Positions 37,494 through 50,289 of a DNA stretch of 64,000 bases are shown here, in pieces (the stretch's first letter is position 1; each line of letters starts with the position of its first letter). The notes under the pieces were generated by a model. It saw only the letters and a list, made by a program, of their open reading frames with translations, did no database searches and had not been told where the DNA came from. The translations under genes were made by a program, and so were the position numbers. This DNA comes from Stegostoma tigrinum (taxonomy: Eukaryota), in NCBI RefSeq assembly GCF_030684315.1, contig NC_081384.1:26760818-26824817 (forward strand), given 5' to 3'.

Positions 37494-37740
37494 ACAACAT
37501 AACAACAGGCCAGGCTTACCTGTAGTGCGTGCAAAGCTGAGAGTGCGAACTAAGATCAGGTAATAGCTTATTTTCAAGTTCTATGAGGTGAGTCATCTGA
37601 AGTCCCCTGACATCTTTTCATCTATTACAATTTGTTTTAATTTTGTTTAAAAAGCATTTGGTGCCATTAAGCAATTTTAAGTGGACCCCACTGAACTGCA
37701 ATTATTTATTTGCACGCAGAAGACGACAGTGCAGAGAGTC

Positions 37741-38600
37741 ATTGTCCAGAAGGTAAACTATCAGCATTTCACAGATGAAGAGCTGAATATTCTTCTAAGT
37801 GGGGTCCAAAAGAAAACAACAGAAAATGCAGGAAAGTGACACCCTTGGCCCAGAGGGTGGGGAGTGCAAATAGTGTGCCACTTACCAAAGCTGCAAAAAG
37901 CTTAACAGTTTGGTGCATTCTGTCAGAGTTATATGGAATTATTTTGGTAAATTTTAAATCCTTGGTTGTCAAATTGAAAATACAGAAAGGCCATGACTTT
38001 TTTTTTGCTCTTTTTCTTGGGTCTTTTAAAACGCATTTACCTCAGAGATGGTTCTGACATTGCCTTTGAGTATTAAGTTTGATCACAAACCCTGCTCCCC
38101 ATCTCCTCAGCAAGTGCAGGGGGCAAGTTGTCGCCAGTCCTTGAAAACTGTGCAAGAAGGCATTAAAGCAATCTTTTCACATGAGGTCTTCTTTAAATTT
38201 TTTTTTGCTTTTGGGGAAAGATGACTCATAACGTGTAGCTATGCTCATTGACCAGCTGGCAGTTTTGGGCAGGAGCTGATGGAACATTAGGAGTTGGATA
38301 GTCTATGTCCATCCCCATGACAACCAGTGCTGGATCAAATCTGTGGATAAGCAAAAGTGCTATTTTCCATTGAATCTTAAATCATGCTATTAGGTGGAGA
38401 GTTAGGTTACTTGATTAAATATAATTGTCCTTTCTTCTTCTTTTGGCAGATATCACAGATCTCCATGGACATACCTGACAGTGAAGGAGGTGTGTTGCTG
38501 CTAGCAAGCGAGGCATCTGAAATGGGCGATGTGGAAGGGATAGGGGCGTTGCAGTGGAAGGCAGGGAGGAATGTCAAACAACCGAGGAGGGTGTGACTTT
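37741..38600 (+). pseudogene. Myb/SANT-like gene relic (PIF/Harbinger accessory ORF)
   Basis: QHFTDEELNILLSGVQKK / LAQRVGSANSV / SCKKLNSLVHSVR with frameshifts; later KMTHN and a splice-acceptor-like TTCTTCTTTTGGCAG. Confidence 0.55.
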
Positions 38601-39619
38601 GGAGTTTGAAGGTAGTCATGAGTGGAGTTAGGATGTTGAATTTTTCTGGTTGTTGTGGAAGAGGAGGCCACTTTGTTAATGGCTGCTGGCAATTGATTTC
38701 AATCAGAAATGATGGCAGGTGAGGAACCTATGCTTTAGAAGCAGAAGATCTGCTATCTTCAAACGTACATGGACAACATTGTGGTGACAGTATTGAAAAT
38801 TTCTAACAAACAAAGTAGCATGACGGATGCAAGATTCCCAAAAGAGCAAGCAATAAACATGACTCCACCTCACTGATTGAATCTACAAGAGATGCTGCAA
38901 TGCCTGTCAAGGTGATGACTTACATTATTTTTAAATTAGCTTATAAAGGTGTTATCATAATGTGGTGCACTTCTATTAAACATTTTTTACAATAACATTA
39001 CAGAAAGAATTAACAGTGAATTCTACTATGCTGCAGATTTATACCATAAATATGGAGTACTTAAAAAGTTAAAAATCCTCGTTGAATTAAACGGACTTAT
39101 AAAAATCAAATCTACTACCTTATATTACATAGCACATTTACAAAACATGCTGAACTGCTAAATTGCATGAAAATGTTTTGAAAGAAATTATAGATTTACC
39201 TTTTATAAATGTCCTGGAGACCATAAGACATAGGAGGAGAATTAGGCCATTTGGCCCATCGAATCTGCTCCACCATTTGATAATGGATTTTTTTTCAACC
39301 CCATTCTCCTGCCTTCTCCCCATAACCCTTGATCCCTCACTAAACAAGCACCCATGATTTGTACCTTTCATTCATCGTTAATATTGTTTTAATGAACTTT
39401 CAGGAGGTCTGTGATTCAGCTGCTGCACACACTATTTCAGTTTCAAATTTTGTAATGCTGATGTGACACGACCCCCTGGTATTATCTAGGTGAATCAATA
39501 CAATAATCTGAATTATTACTGGGTAGTTACCCCGAGTCTCTGTGCTCATGCACATTCAAGTTTGAAGCCTGGAGCTTGCAGAAGAATGATTGTAACACTC
39601 TGGGGAAGGTAAAATCACA

Positions 39620-40390
39620 GCTGCCAGTGCAGCATTTACTCCTGGGTATTGCACCTCAAGAAGGACATAAAGGACTTAAAGGGATGCAACACAGATTCAC
39701 TAGGATGACACGAGCAGTGTTAAATTAAATTGAAAGGCAACTCAAGCTAGCTTTGTATCCCTTTGAGTATAGGTAATTCAATGGTGACCTATTTGACTTT
39801 ATTAAAAAGCTTAATAGGGTAGGCAGAACAAAAAACATATTCTCCTGCAGTATGTCCAAAACAGGGGATTTTAGCCTTAGTTCAGAGGTAGTTCATTCAG
39901 GGGCTTGTGTCAAATAGCGTTTTTTAATACTTGAAAATCTGGGACTCAAATGCCTGGATCTATTTTCTGAACATCCAGAGGCAGGAAAAGACCAGCAGTC
40001 CCAACAAACCCTACACCAACATATGCAACAATGCACAACACTGATATACCTTGTCATCACACAGAATTACTGACAGAGCTAAGGAGTGTTTGTTCTACCC
40101 TGGCTGGGAAATCAAAAACAGAGGCATGACCTCAAGATAAAGGGACAATATTTTCGGGCAGACATGCGACAAAATTCCTTCATTTAGAGGTTCATGAATT
40201 TTTGGAATTGTTAACTCCAGGACAGGACTGTGCCCCATTTTTGAGCATATTTAAGGCCAAACAATACATTGTTGCTTCTACGTGAAATCAAGGGATATGT
40301 GGAATGCAAATTGAGTTGAGGTGGAAAGTTATCCATGAGATATTGAATGGGTGATGACTCACAGTGTCAATAGATCTTTTCTTGCTTGTA
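39620..40390 (+). mobile_element. Two old CR1 3' fragments
   Basis: Decayed QxRFTRM, GHxLKI and W.xL motifs; tail CTTTTCATGCTCTTATG. Confidence 0.5.
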
Positions 40391-40815
40391 CTTTTCATGC
40401 TCTTATGTAAGGAGAGTGATCCAATTCTTATCTCCAATCACCGGATTTGTTGATTTGAGATTAGTTCAAACTTAAAAATATTCTGGATCTGACCACCTCA
40501 ACCCCCAGATAGACATTATCACCAATTTGCATTTAGGAAACTGATAAGCATGGATTTGGGGTCTTATACCAGATTGACAATAAATACTAGGAACTGATCC
40601 TGAGAAATATATTGTAAGTAAACATTGCCACCACTATGCCAGTAACATAGGAACTCAGTAAAGTTCAGTGAACAGTAAGTCCAATGCTTTAGGTGTTAAG
40701 ATTTAATTGCAATTATTTGTCTCTCTTGAAACTAATCACTGTAAGCATTAAATCATTAGGCATTGTTTTCTTGTAGCTACTAATGAAAAGGACAAGAGCA
40801 ACACTAACAATTCCA

Positions 40816-40949
40816 GAGATAGTAGGAACTGCCGATGCTGGAGAATCTGAGACAACATGGTGTAGAGCTGGATGAACACAACAGGCCAAGCAGCATCAGA
40901 GGAGCAGGGAAACTGACGTTTCAGGTCTAGGCCCTTCTTCAGAAAAAGA
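40816..40949 (-). mobile_element. Single pLTR end, family A
   Basis: Matches 37256-37375. Imperfect flanking repeat AACAATTCCA / AACAATTTCCA. Confidence 0.85.
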
Positions 40950-42089
40950 AACAATTTCCAAATTCTTTTCTAACGTGGATAATTCACTCTTGTCTACTCA
41001 GAAGAAAAACAGCAAAGCACAAAGTGTGAAACAATACTCCCCTCATTCTGGACAAGTGTGGCTCCAACAATACTCGAGAAGATTGACACTATGCTGTACA
41101 AAACAGCCTGCTTGATTAATACCACATCCTCCACTTTAAAGATTCACTTCCTCTACCACTGACAATGTGACAGTAGTGTGTACCATGCTTAAGATGCACT
41201 GCAGCAATTTATCAAGGTTCCTTTGGTGGCAGCTTCCAATGACCTCTACCACATCAAAAGGGCAAGGGAGCCAGATGCAGTGGAAATGTAGATTTTGTGG
41301 TATTTGCACTAACAGTTACCTAACATAGGGGGTCAAATATTTGTAGCAATGTTTTGATAGTTTAATTAGAAGCTGTAGTTTAGATTTGGAAACAAGGGTA
41401 ACTTGATGAAGAAAGGAAATATAAGATCCATGACAAATGACATTGCTTCACTGATCCTAAATTTGTTCTATAAAGTGGTAGAGTTTGCGAACTCTATCCC
41501 AGGTGTCTTGCAGTTTTTCAGCAGTCTTTAGAAGCGGCTGTCTTTGTTCTTCACTTGGCCCTGTGTAAGGTAATGCCTGGCCTTCCCTCAAGATGAAGGT
41601 GTCTCATCAGCTCATACCCATCTCTCCCCACTTTGCTTTGTTCACTGGGGCTGTGTCAATCTCTTGCCTTAACACTCCTGGCCATTTTTCATTGGCAGTT
41701 ACACATGGTGCCTGGATGACCATTGTTCCCCTCCCCACCTACATCTGAAGATTCATTTTCATTCCTTCTCAGAACAAAGCCTTTATAGTTTGAAAACAGC
41801 ACGCTAATAATAAGGTACATTTGGCACCAGATAAACTGTTGACACTAGTTCACGACTCCCATGTTTCTTACAATTCTTTCCTTTTGGTTGCTCATGCCAG
41901 AATTTTGGAAGGTCAATTACTGCTATATTATCTGTTGAATAAAATTTCATGCTACACAATAAATACCAGGAAAATTCTGTTTTTAAGTGACCGCAATTTC
42001 CAGCAAGCATCGCCACCTGCAAGTTCTCCTCCAAGCCATTCACTTTCCTGAGTTGAAACTGTGTAATTACGTCTTGACGGTTTTGGTTT

Positions 42090-42258
42090 ACTTTCCTGTA
42101 ACTCCCTCCATGCCTGTGGGTTTTACCTACATCCCAAGGACTGCAGAGATTCAAGAGGGCAGCTCGCCACTGCCTTCTCAAGGTCAGCTGGGGATGGACA
42201 ATAAATGCAGGGCTAGCCAGTCATGCCCACATCCCATTGAAAAGAATTGAAAAAAAAT
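42090..42258 (+). mobile_element. Old LINE 3' tail (shared with the SINE at 53220)
   Basis: GGACTGCAG..TTCAAG..GGCAGCTC...GGGATGGACAATAAATGC...CCCACATCCC plus A-rich end. Related pieces at ~4500, 36970, 41040 and 63700. Confidence 0.65.
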
Positions 42259-42479
42259 GTGATACGCAAGATATGCAAATATACTATTGTTCCGCCATCA
42301 TTCCTATGCCAACCACCTGGAATTCCCTACATTGCACAATAGTAGGAATACCATCACCATATTTAGCAGTTCAAGGAGAGGCTCTCACACCCAGCATATC
42401 AGTGTACCCAGAGATGAACATTATTTTCAGCTTTACTAAGAGCACAGTAAGAAAGAAACCTATTAAGTTTCAGAGTTTC

Positions 42480-43450
42480 CACATGACTGATATGATGAAG
42501 CATTTAAAACCTGACAATTGTGTTTTTGTCTCAAATATTGATCTATGTCTGCTCTTTCTCGATCCTGCCGGAGAACTGCTGTCAGCCTTGAAGGACTCAT
42601 TGAGGTTGATTTCAGTTTAATCTTTCTCGAGGCATTTCATCAGCTGCATTAATATTACTCGTACATAGCAATGATTCAGATTTTCAGACTATTGAATTTC
42701 CTTTTCATAGTTGTTTGCCCGTACAGTTGCAGATTAACAATTTGTTTTAATCTTTCATCAGCCATTGCAAAAGTTACATTTATTATAAATCACTCATGAG
42801 AATGTGTTTTTGTTTCGGTGGGGGGGGGGGCGGGAGGTGCTGGTGTTGTGGTGGGAGTGCAAAACAAATCTGTTATAGGTTGTTTTTTTGTTTGCTTGAT
42901 GCTATCAATAAAATTGAAGTAAAATATGAAAAAAAACATGCCCACACAGCACAAACATATGGCTGAATCAAGGAACTGAAAAATTCCATGGAGCTATGGA
43001 ACTGATAGAAGCATTTGCACTCCCAGGCCAGCTCCGACATGGCTCCGTCATGCAGGCTGAAGAAAGAACTCTTTGTTGAAGTTTTTTTTGACATCAGTGC
43101 ACTTCAGGGACATCGCATTCCGCTCCTGAAGTTAAGTGTAAAACTCTGGAAGCAGATAACTCGAGGTTTAATCTTTTTGTAGGAACAGGCTCCTAATCAT
43201 TCATTAAAGCCTGCTAGGTTAAAAGAGGTTCAACAATTTGTGCCTCACTTAAATCAGTTTCGTTATTTCATGAATTCTTCACTTCCGGCTGTCTGCAACA
43301 ATCCAGGTTCAAACACCATTCTCCATTTTGATGGCTAACAGCAAATTTTAACAATTTGGATAAATTCATCTTTAAGTTTGTATTTTTCCCTGCTGTCTTA
43401 TCGCATTCATTGTTTATACTTAACCTTGTCTTATTAATATGCGCACTCCC
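42480..43450. promoter_or_regulatory. Candidate conserved non-coding element(s)
   Basis: Repeat-free, CpG-retaining, with TGACA/CTGTCA, TAAT and ACAAT motifs. Conservation not tested. Confidence 0.4.
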
Positions 43451-43549
43451 GTTCTACCAGCTGCTGGATAGAAACCAGATGCCAGGAGTTCCCAACATGA
43501 ATTTGCAAGCAGCTTGTAGGAGACTCCAGCTCCCCACTTGCTTCTCTGG

Positions 43550-44800
43550 ATGTTGATCTTGGAAACCCAGTGCCAGCATCTCAGCTCCTCTGTGGGCAGC
43601 AGTTGCGTGCACACTGTGTCCATGGATATTGGCATCCAACACTTGCCATCCTCTCTGCATCATCGTGCTACATTTCTAACCCACTTACTGTATGCTTCTG
43701 CAATGCGATACTGTTCTTTGCTATGCACCAACATCTGTTCTTAAAATGCTTTTGGAAGGACTCATGTAGTGAGAGGCACCCAGCTCCTGATGGCACCAGG
43801 CTGCCTCTCAGGGATGTTTTCTTCGTGATCACTCACTTTGTGTTTAGCTGGATGCCTTGTGAAGTGCTTTTACTTTGCTTTGGGTTTAGTGAAGACACAA
43901 AGTAAAGCAGCATGACGTGCTTGTCAGCCATGTTAGTCATGTTACTGCACAGTGTGATATCAATCTCATACATGCACTGTGTGGCAGACCAATTGCATGT
44001 GCTGCAACCATATCTCAATCTATAAGGGGAGTTGGCCTCGCTTACACTCAGGCAGACAGCATTCAGTCAGGATGTATTGGCACAGCAAGTCAAGAGAAGC
44101 CTTCACTATCAGCCCAGGGACTTGGACATGGCCATTCAGCCCTTTGGAGTGGTCAGGGTTAGGATTCTCTCCTCATTGCAAGTTGAGGAGCTGAATATTG
44201 GCATCCCACATCCAGTTTTGGTTTGTTCTGCCCTTTTGGGTGTTGTTTTCTCCTACAATGAGAAGAGAGAGAAGAAAGTGGGTGGCGCAGCTGTTAACAT
44301 TGATGCTGGTGTGGGCAGGTGGTGAGGTGGCAGGGCTGAGTGAGTAGACACTCACCACGAGGTGATGGGGGTGAGGGGGTGGGTGGTGGGCATGTGAGAC
44401 TAATGATGTGCGGAGTTGGGGCGGGGAATGAGAGTGACTGATGGGATGCAACAGTGAGGGTGGTAGATTATGAGCCTTAGTGGATGGTGGATGCAGTAAC
44501 AGCAAAAATGGGAACACTTATCAGGTAATAGACCTCCTTCTTGCATTACTGGGTAATCATCCAGACTGCTGAGACCACACTGGCCTGGGTAGCAACACTA
44601 GACCAGCTGACAATTCTGTGGGAAGACGGCATTCTTCCTTTGGACATGGAGCACTAATTTCCCCACTAATTAACCATGCTCAGGGAAAATGTCTTCAACC
44701 ATGAAGGGCTTCTCCAGACTGCCAGTGCTGAAAAGGGTATATAATACCTTTTAAATATGGATGTGACACTAACGACCTTTTTAAACGTGCGTCCAATGAC
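43550..44800 (-). pseudogene. Intron-containing Myb/SANT-like gene relic (PIF/Harbinger accessory ORF)
   Basis: WSSVATQASVVSAV...Q*CKKEVYYL at ~44500-44610. Acceptor TTCTCTCTCTTCTCATTGTAG is followed by EKTTPKRAEQTKTGCG (K..N..E...TGGG-like). Confidence 0.55.
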
Positions 44801-45539
44801 AGCGATGATGATATATTCCTGCATGTCCCTACAGCGAAGAGTAATCATGTCCACAGCAAGTGGGATAATTGGCTAACACCAGTGAGAGGGACCCCATGAC
44901 AAACCCTCCATGTAACTCACTGAAAATGACACTTAGCCAAAATATGGGAAGATTCAAGCTAAGGAGTTCTGCAGTGGCCTTTATAGGAAGTAGATGTATT
45001 CTGCACAGCTCCTGAGAGTCCTTAGTAATCATGCTTGATTAGTACTAATTGCTATCATGTAATAAACCATCATGTTAACTAGTACAGTTGCCTCTGCTAT
45101 TTTGACTCCCCAGTGGTCTATCAGCTACCATTGATAATTCTCTCAGAGAGTTGTGTGGCATTAGAACGCTCTGCTCGAGAAAGCAGGAGAGGCTGGGTCC
45201 CTGAATATGTTTAAGATAGAGTTAGAGGAGTCTCGTTAGACAGGGAATCTAAGGTTGCTGGGGATAGATTGGGAATTTGGAACCTGAAACATGAATAGAT
45301 AGGCCATGAGGTTATTAAATGATGGAGTAGTCTGAAGCAAGCTAATTGCCTACTCCTGCTCATATCTTGATGTTCCTATATTTGTAGACAGGCTCGAAAT
45401 GCGTGTTGGAAAAAGAAGGATTGGTGGTGAACCACTTCGACCACATCTGATCCTGTGCTTCACACTGACCCTGATGGCAAATACACATAACACTCTTTAT
45501 GGGATACAGAGCAGTCAGAATTTTTTAAAAAATTGCCAG

Positions 45540-45900
45540 CTCATCAGTGCTGTTGAGAAAATTATGTCATTTTTTCAGCAAGAAATACTTTGAATAGTCA
45601 TCAACCTGGCTTGATTTGCATTTTATTTTGCAAGTGACTAAATCGTGTTTTAAGCAAAATAATTAATAGCAACTTCTATATAATGGGAATTGTAATAAGC
45701 ACAGAGGGTACTTGGCAGCATGACAGAGTGATGGAAGCGATAAAATGTGAATGTTTCGATAAATTTACTTTTGGCCACTCCATGTAAAGTAAAATTCTAT
45801 CGTTACATTAGTTCAAATGAACCGGCAACAAAACCATCTAGATTTGGTGCATAATGAAACCTTTCGAACCAGAGATGTAAGGGAGCTTCCAAGTTCACTC
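45540..45900. promoter_or_regulatory. Candidate conserved non-coding element
   Basis: Repeat-free; octamer ATTTGCAT, TAATTAAT, TGACAG and GATAA motifs. Confidence 0.35.
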
Positions 45901-46324
45901 CCAGTTTATTTTGGCAAAGGCTTCAATGAATGTGCTTCATGTTAGTAATGGCACATGGTCATGTTGCAGGGTTTCACTGACAGATGACATCTGACCTTGT
46001 TGGCAGGGCATTTAAGCACTCTACATGCTGGTTGGAGTCTTATGGCTCCTCCCTGACTGAGCAGCTTGTGAAATGCTGTGCATATCGCTGCCTGCCTTTG
46101 ACTTATCTCCCTTTATAAGAGATTAATGGAGGTATTATGCAGCCTGCCCTTCTTTTGTTCTATAGGGGCCAATAATTACTACTCAAGTATCTCATCCTGC
46201 CCCTGCTGCTATCGTAACAACAGAAAGGGAGGGCCCATACTAAGCAGGTATCCCTGCAGCTTTACCTGCATAGACCAGTATCAGGCAAACTGGGAACTAA
46301 CACTTTCTGGGGACATGGAAGCAA

Positions 46325-47435
46325 AATAGTTGGCAGCAGAAAGTAGGCCATTTGGTCCTTTAAGCCCATTCCACTATTCATGGAAGATCATGGCTGATCA
46401 TCCAACTCAATACCCTGCTTTCTTTCCACACCCTTAGCCTTAAGAATTATTTCTAATGCCTTGAAAGCATTCAAAGTTTGCTTGTGGTGGTAGATGATTC
46501 CATTGGCTCATCAATCTCTGGGTGAAAAAAATTATCAGCTCAGTTTTAAATGGCCTGCCCTGCATCCTTAAGCTGTGACCCCTAGTTCTGCACTCCCCAG
46601 TCAGAGGGAGCATTTTTTCGACATTTACCCTGCTTAATCTTGTAGAATGTTATAGGTTTATGTGAGATCCCACTCATTCTTCTAAGGAAGGAGACAAAAA
46701 ACGCACACAATCTTCCAAGTGTGGTCTCACCAAGGCACTGCGCAATTGCAGCAAGAAATCTCTGCTCCAGTAAGTGAATCCTATTGCTATGAGGGCCAAT
46801 GTACTGTTCGCCATAGTGTCAGCAACTGGTGCAGAAGGACACCCCAATCTCACTGCACATTCTCCAATCAATTACCATTCAGATAGTAATCTGGCTTCAA
46901 TCATTTGCTACTAAAGTGGATAACTTCACATTTATCCACATTGTACTTCATCTGCCATGCATTGGCCAACTCACTCATCTTGCCCAAATCACATTGAAGC
47001 ATCCCTGCATCTTCTCCCAGTTTACCTTCTCACCCAGCTTTGTATCATCTGCAAACTTTGAGATATTACATTTAGCTCCCTCAACTACAACATTGATGTG
47101 TATATATATTATGAAGAGCTGGGGTCCAAGCACTGATCCCTGTGGCACTCCAACATTCACCGCCTGCCACTCAAAAAAACCCCATTTATTTACACCGTTT
47201 TTTTCCTTGTCTGGGGACTATTTCTGTGACCATGTCAGTGCACAATTCCCATTCCCATGCAGTATAATTTTACATACCAGTCTCTTGATTTTGATTTGAT
47301 GTATTTATTGACACGTATACCTAAGGACAGTGAAAAGCTTTGTTTGCAACTATGGGATCTTACCAAAAGCTTCTAAATGTCCAAATAAACCACATCCACT
47401 GGCTCCCCCTTATCAATTTTACTAGTTACAGCTTC
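46325..47435 (-). mobile_element. CR1 RT/3' fragment
   Basis: GVPQGSVLGPQLF, FADDTKL, LVRPHLEDCV. Confidence 0.85.
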
Positions 47436-49214
47436 AAAGGTGAGGCAGCTTGTCATACTTGTCAGCAGTCATCTGTCAAGGGGGTGGATATTTTATTGGA
47501 CATGGCTATATCAAATCTCACACCTGCACCATGTGTCAACTGTATGCACAGAAAACACACTGCATATGATACAAGCTAATGGCCTCGTCTTACATAGGAG
47601 AAGTAGCCCTCAGTTAAATCAAGGGAGACAACATTTATTCCTTTGTCCAATATAGACTTTCTTCAATTCCACACTCAACATATCACCATTAAATCTCTGC
47701 ACATTCACCTCTCCAGTTTCTTAAATTCAGCTTCCCAACATCTTCTCATCCATCATTTCCATTGCTGGAGCATGCCTACAAGGCCATGCAGATATCCTGA
47801 ACACACCCTTCAGTCTGGCCTCAACCTATTCCTCTTCTTCAGGGACTGCCTGTAGTCCCAGACACGGCCACTGCTTAAACCCGCAACCTCAGCTTGGCCA
47901 TCTGATTGGCCAACAGCTCTTTAAGCAAGTGTCATACTCCCTACTGAAGGATGGAAGTCCCACACTTCACCAATTAGTGCCCTGTTGAACATTAAATGGC
48001 TACATGGCATTGATGATCAGTGAAGATACTTACCTCCCTGACTTGTGTATTAATATTCACATGTAGGATGTCACTGGTTGGGCCAACATTTATTGTTCAA
48101 ATCCTGCCTGGATTGAGCCATGACAGGGGTTGTTTGAAAGGGAAGGTGAACTCAAATAAAATGTTTCTTTTACTTTTCATGAGTCCACTAAGAGCCCCAG
48201 CCTGGATCCCAGGTACATCTCAGAACTGCCATGCCAGTGTCACACCTGAGGAATCATAGACTAAAACTAAGGAAGCACTCAAACTGGTTCTGTAGCAAGA
48301 CCCCACTGATCTCTGATTCAGTCCTCAGATTAAACTAGCCCCATTAATTAGTTCTCAATGTGCGCTTATAAAGAAGATCCTACTGGCTTTGGATAGCTAC
48401 TATTGACACTTCAAAATTGCATTTAGTTATATCAACATGAAAGCTAGTTTATAAGTCCACCCCTTCCCTAATGGGTTTCTATTGGTGCTAAATTCCCAAA
48501 GAGCCCTATAAGCTAAAATAAGCAAATTTACCAAATGACCCCACCCCAAGAAGTCATTACCAACTGATTTACTCTTCTGTAACTTTTACTTAGCTGTGAA
48601 TTAGAAACAATACAAGTTAATAGGTAAATCATAGTCAATATGAATTATAAAGCACACACGAAAAAGCAGATACAACAATGACTACCTAGCTGATTTAATG
48701 AGTAATCCACATTGCTAAGGTCACTTTTTGAGCTCTGCTAGAATTCCAAGCTCAAGTCCAGTCTCCTTCCTGCCAGGATTCTTCAAAATTCTTCAAAAAC
48801 TGCAAACTCTTGGTAATCAAGGTTTGACCATACAATCCTCTGCCTATAGTATAATTCCTTTCTGAACTTTTGCAACTCCTCACCAGCTTGCTGCTTCATA
48901 CTCCACCTGTCTCCACCTGTATTCTGATTGCCTGTCATGTTCAGCTCACCTTGTGCTTAGCCACATGTCCATTTTTTTCTCTATTAGCACTGCTTCTGGG
49001 TTAAGGTTTTTCAGGCCACATGGACCAGTATAACACACTAGCCAAGATAATTACAACTGATCCCTTCACAATTGATGCAACCTCTTGAAAGTCCTTTTCA
49101 AACATTCTTAAAGAGAAACTATTACAGATTCCCCAATCATGTTAAAACAATATGGTCGCTGTTTTTGTTTCCAGGTTTAAAGGCCATCACAACTGAAAGA
49201 GGAATTTAAATTGA

Positions 49215-49640
49215 CAGTGGGTAGCCAGCTTGGTTCATTGAGAGTGCTTCTGCCTCTGAGCCAGGAGATTGTGAGCTCAAGTCACAATTCAAGAGCTGAA
49301 CACGTTACCTAGGTATTTTATGAAAGCAGCAAAAGAGTAAACCATGTCAAAGTTACTACCCTTTATCGAGGACGTTATACTGACTTGACTGTTCAACTGG
49401 ACATAGAGTATCCTGCGGCATTACTGGACAAAACAGCAGTACAATTGTCTTAGAATTTTGGCCAATGTAATCCCTTAACTAGATTGACTGGTCATCAACT
49501 TGCTTGTGTTTGTGAGACCTTGCCCTTGTTGTGAACACAGGAAAAAAGAAAACAAAGTGGACCATCCAGCAGTTTGATCCTGTTCCACCATTTGACGTTG
49601 ACAGAAATTGCACACATGATTACATTTCAAAAGTTATAAC
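49215..49640 (+). mobile_element. Old Deu-domain SINE
   Basis: tRNA-like head (TGCCTCTGAGCCAGGAGATTGTGAGCTCAAGTC), TTGGCCAATGTAATCCCTTAAC and TTTGTGAGACCTTGC. Confidence 0.5.
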
Positions 49641-49745
49641 CTTTTTTTCTCCTTCACTTACCATTCTAAAAGCCAAAGGCATCATGGCAGTGCCTTTCCT
49701 AATTGGACTTTTTCAATAAAATATTTCCTTTATCTTCTATGGTCA

Positions 49746-50062
49746 TAGACCATGTAATCCCTCAAGTGTGAAAGCAAGCCCTTTGGCCCAACCGACCCTG
49801 ACAGCATCCCATCCAAGTCCATCCCTCTATAACCCACCTAATATACACACTCCTGAAAACTACAGACAATTTAGCATGGCCAATCCAACGAGCATGCACA
49901 TCTCTGGACTGTTGGAGGAAACCGGAGCACCTGGACAAAACCCGCACAGATGCAGGGTGAACACGCAAACTCCGCACAGACAGTTGCCTGAGGGTGGATT
50001 TGAACCTGGGTTTGTGGTGCTGTGAGGCAGCAGTGCTAACCACTGAGCCACTGTGCCAGCCC
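49746..50062 (-). mobile_element. HE1/V-SINE-like SINE, full length
   Basis: Reverse complement GGGCTGGCACAGTGGCTCAGTGGTTAGCACTGCTGCCTCACAGC...GGTTCAAATCC. Confidence 0.9.
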
Positions 50063-50082
50063 ATAACAAAGGCAAGGAATCA

Positions 50083-50156
50083 GGACTTGTGCGGGATTTG
50101 AACCCTGGACCTGTCGCCTCCCCAAAGGGAGAATCATACCCCTAGACAAATGGAAT
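50083..50156 (-). pseudogene. tRNA-Pro pseudogene (probably TGG anticodon)
   Basis: Reverse complement ATTCCATTTGTCTAGGGGTATGATTCTCCCTTTGGGGAGGCGACAGGTCCAGGGTTCAAATCCCGCACAAGTCC aligns to vertebrate tRNA-Pro. Acceptor and anticodon stems are broken. Confidence 0.85.
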
Positions 50157-50289
50157 GAGTCATTTCCACAAAGTATCCAGTGAAGACTGAAGTAAAATAT
50201 TAGTTTCCTCACCATTCCTTAATTTATGAATCCTATTATCTCTTTCTTTCTTACATTCTTCCTTTAAAACCTGATTTTACATGAAGTAA

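Noticed and set aside
48238-49149. Possible additional solo LTR (TG...CA)
   Set aside because: Terminal inverted match is weak and there is no TSD; not supportable by eye.
50083-50156. Functional tRNA-Pro gene
   Set aside because: The acceptor stem is disrupted and there is an insertion near the anticodon arm; kept only as a pseudogene.
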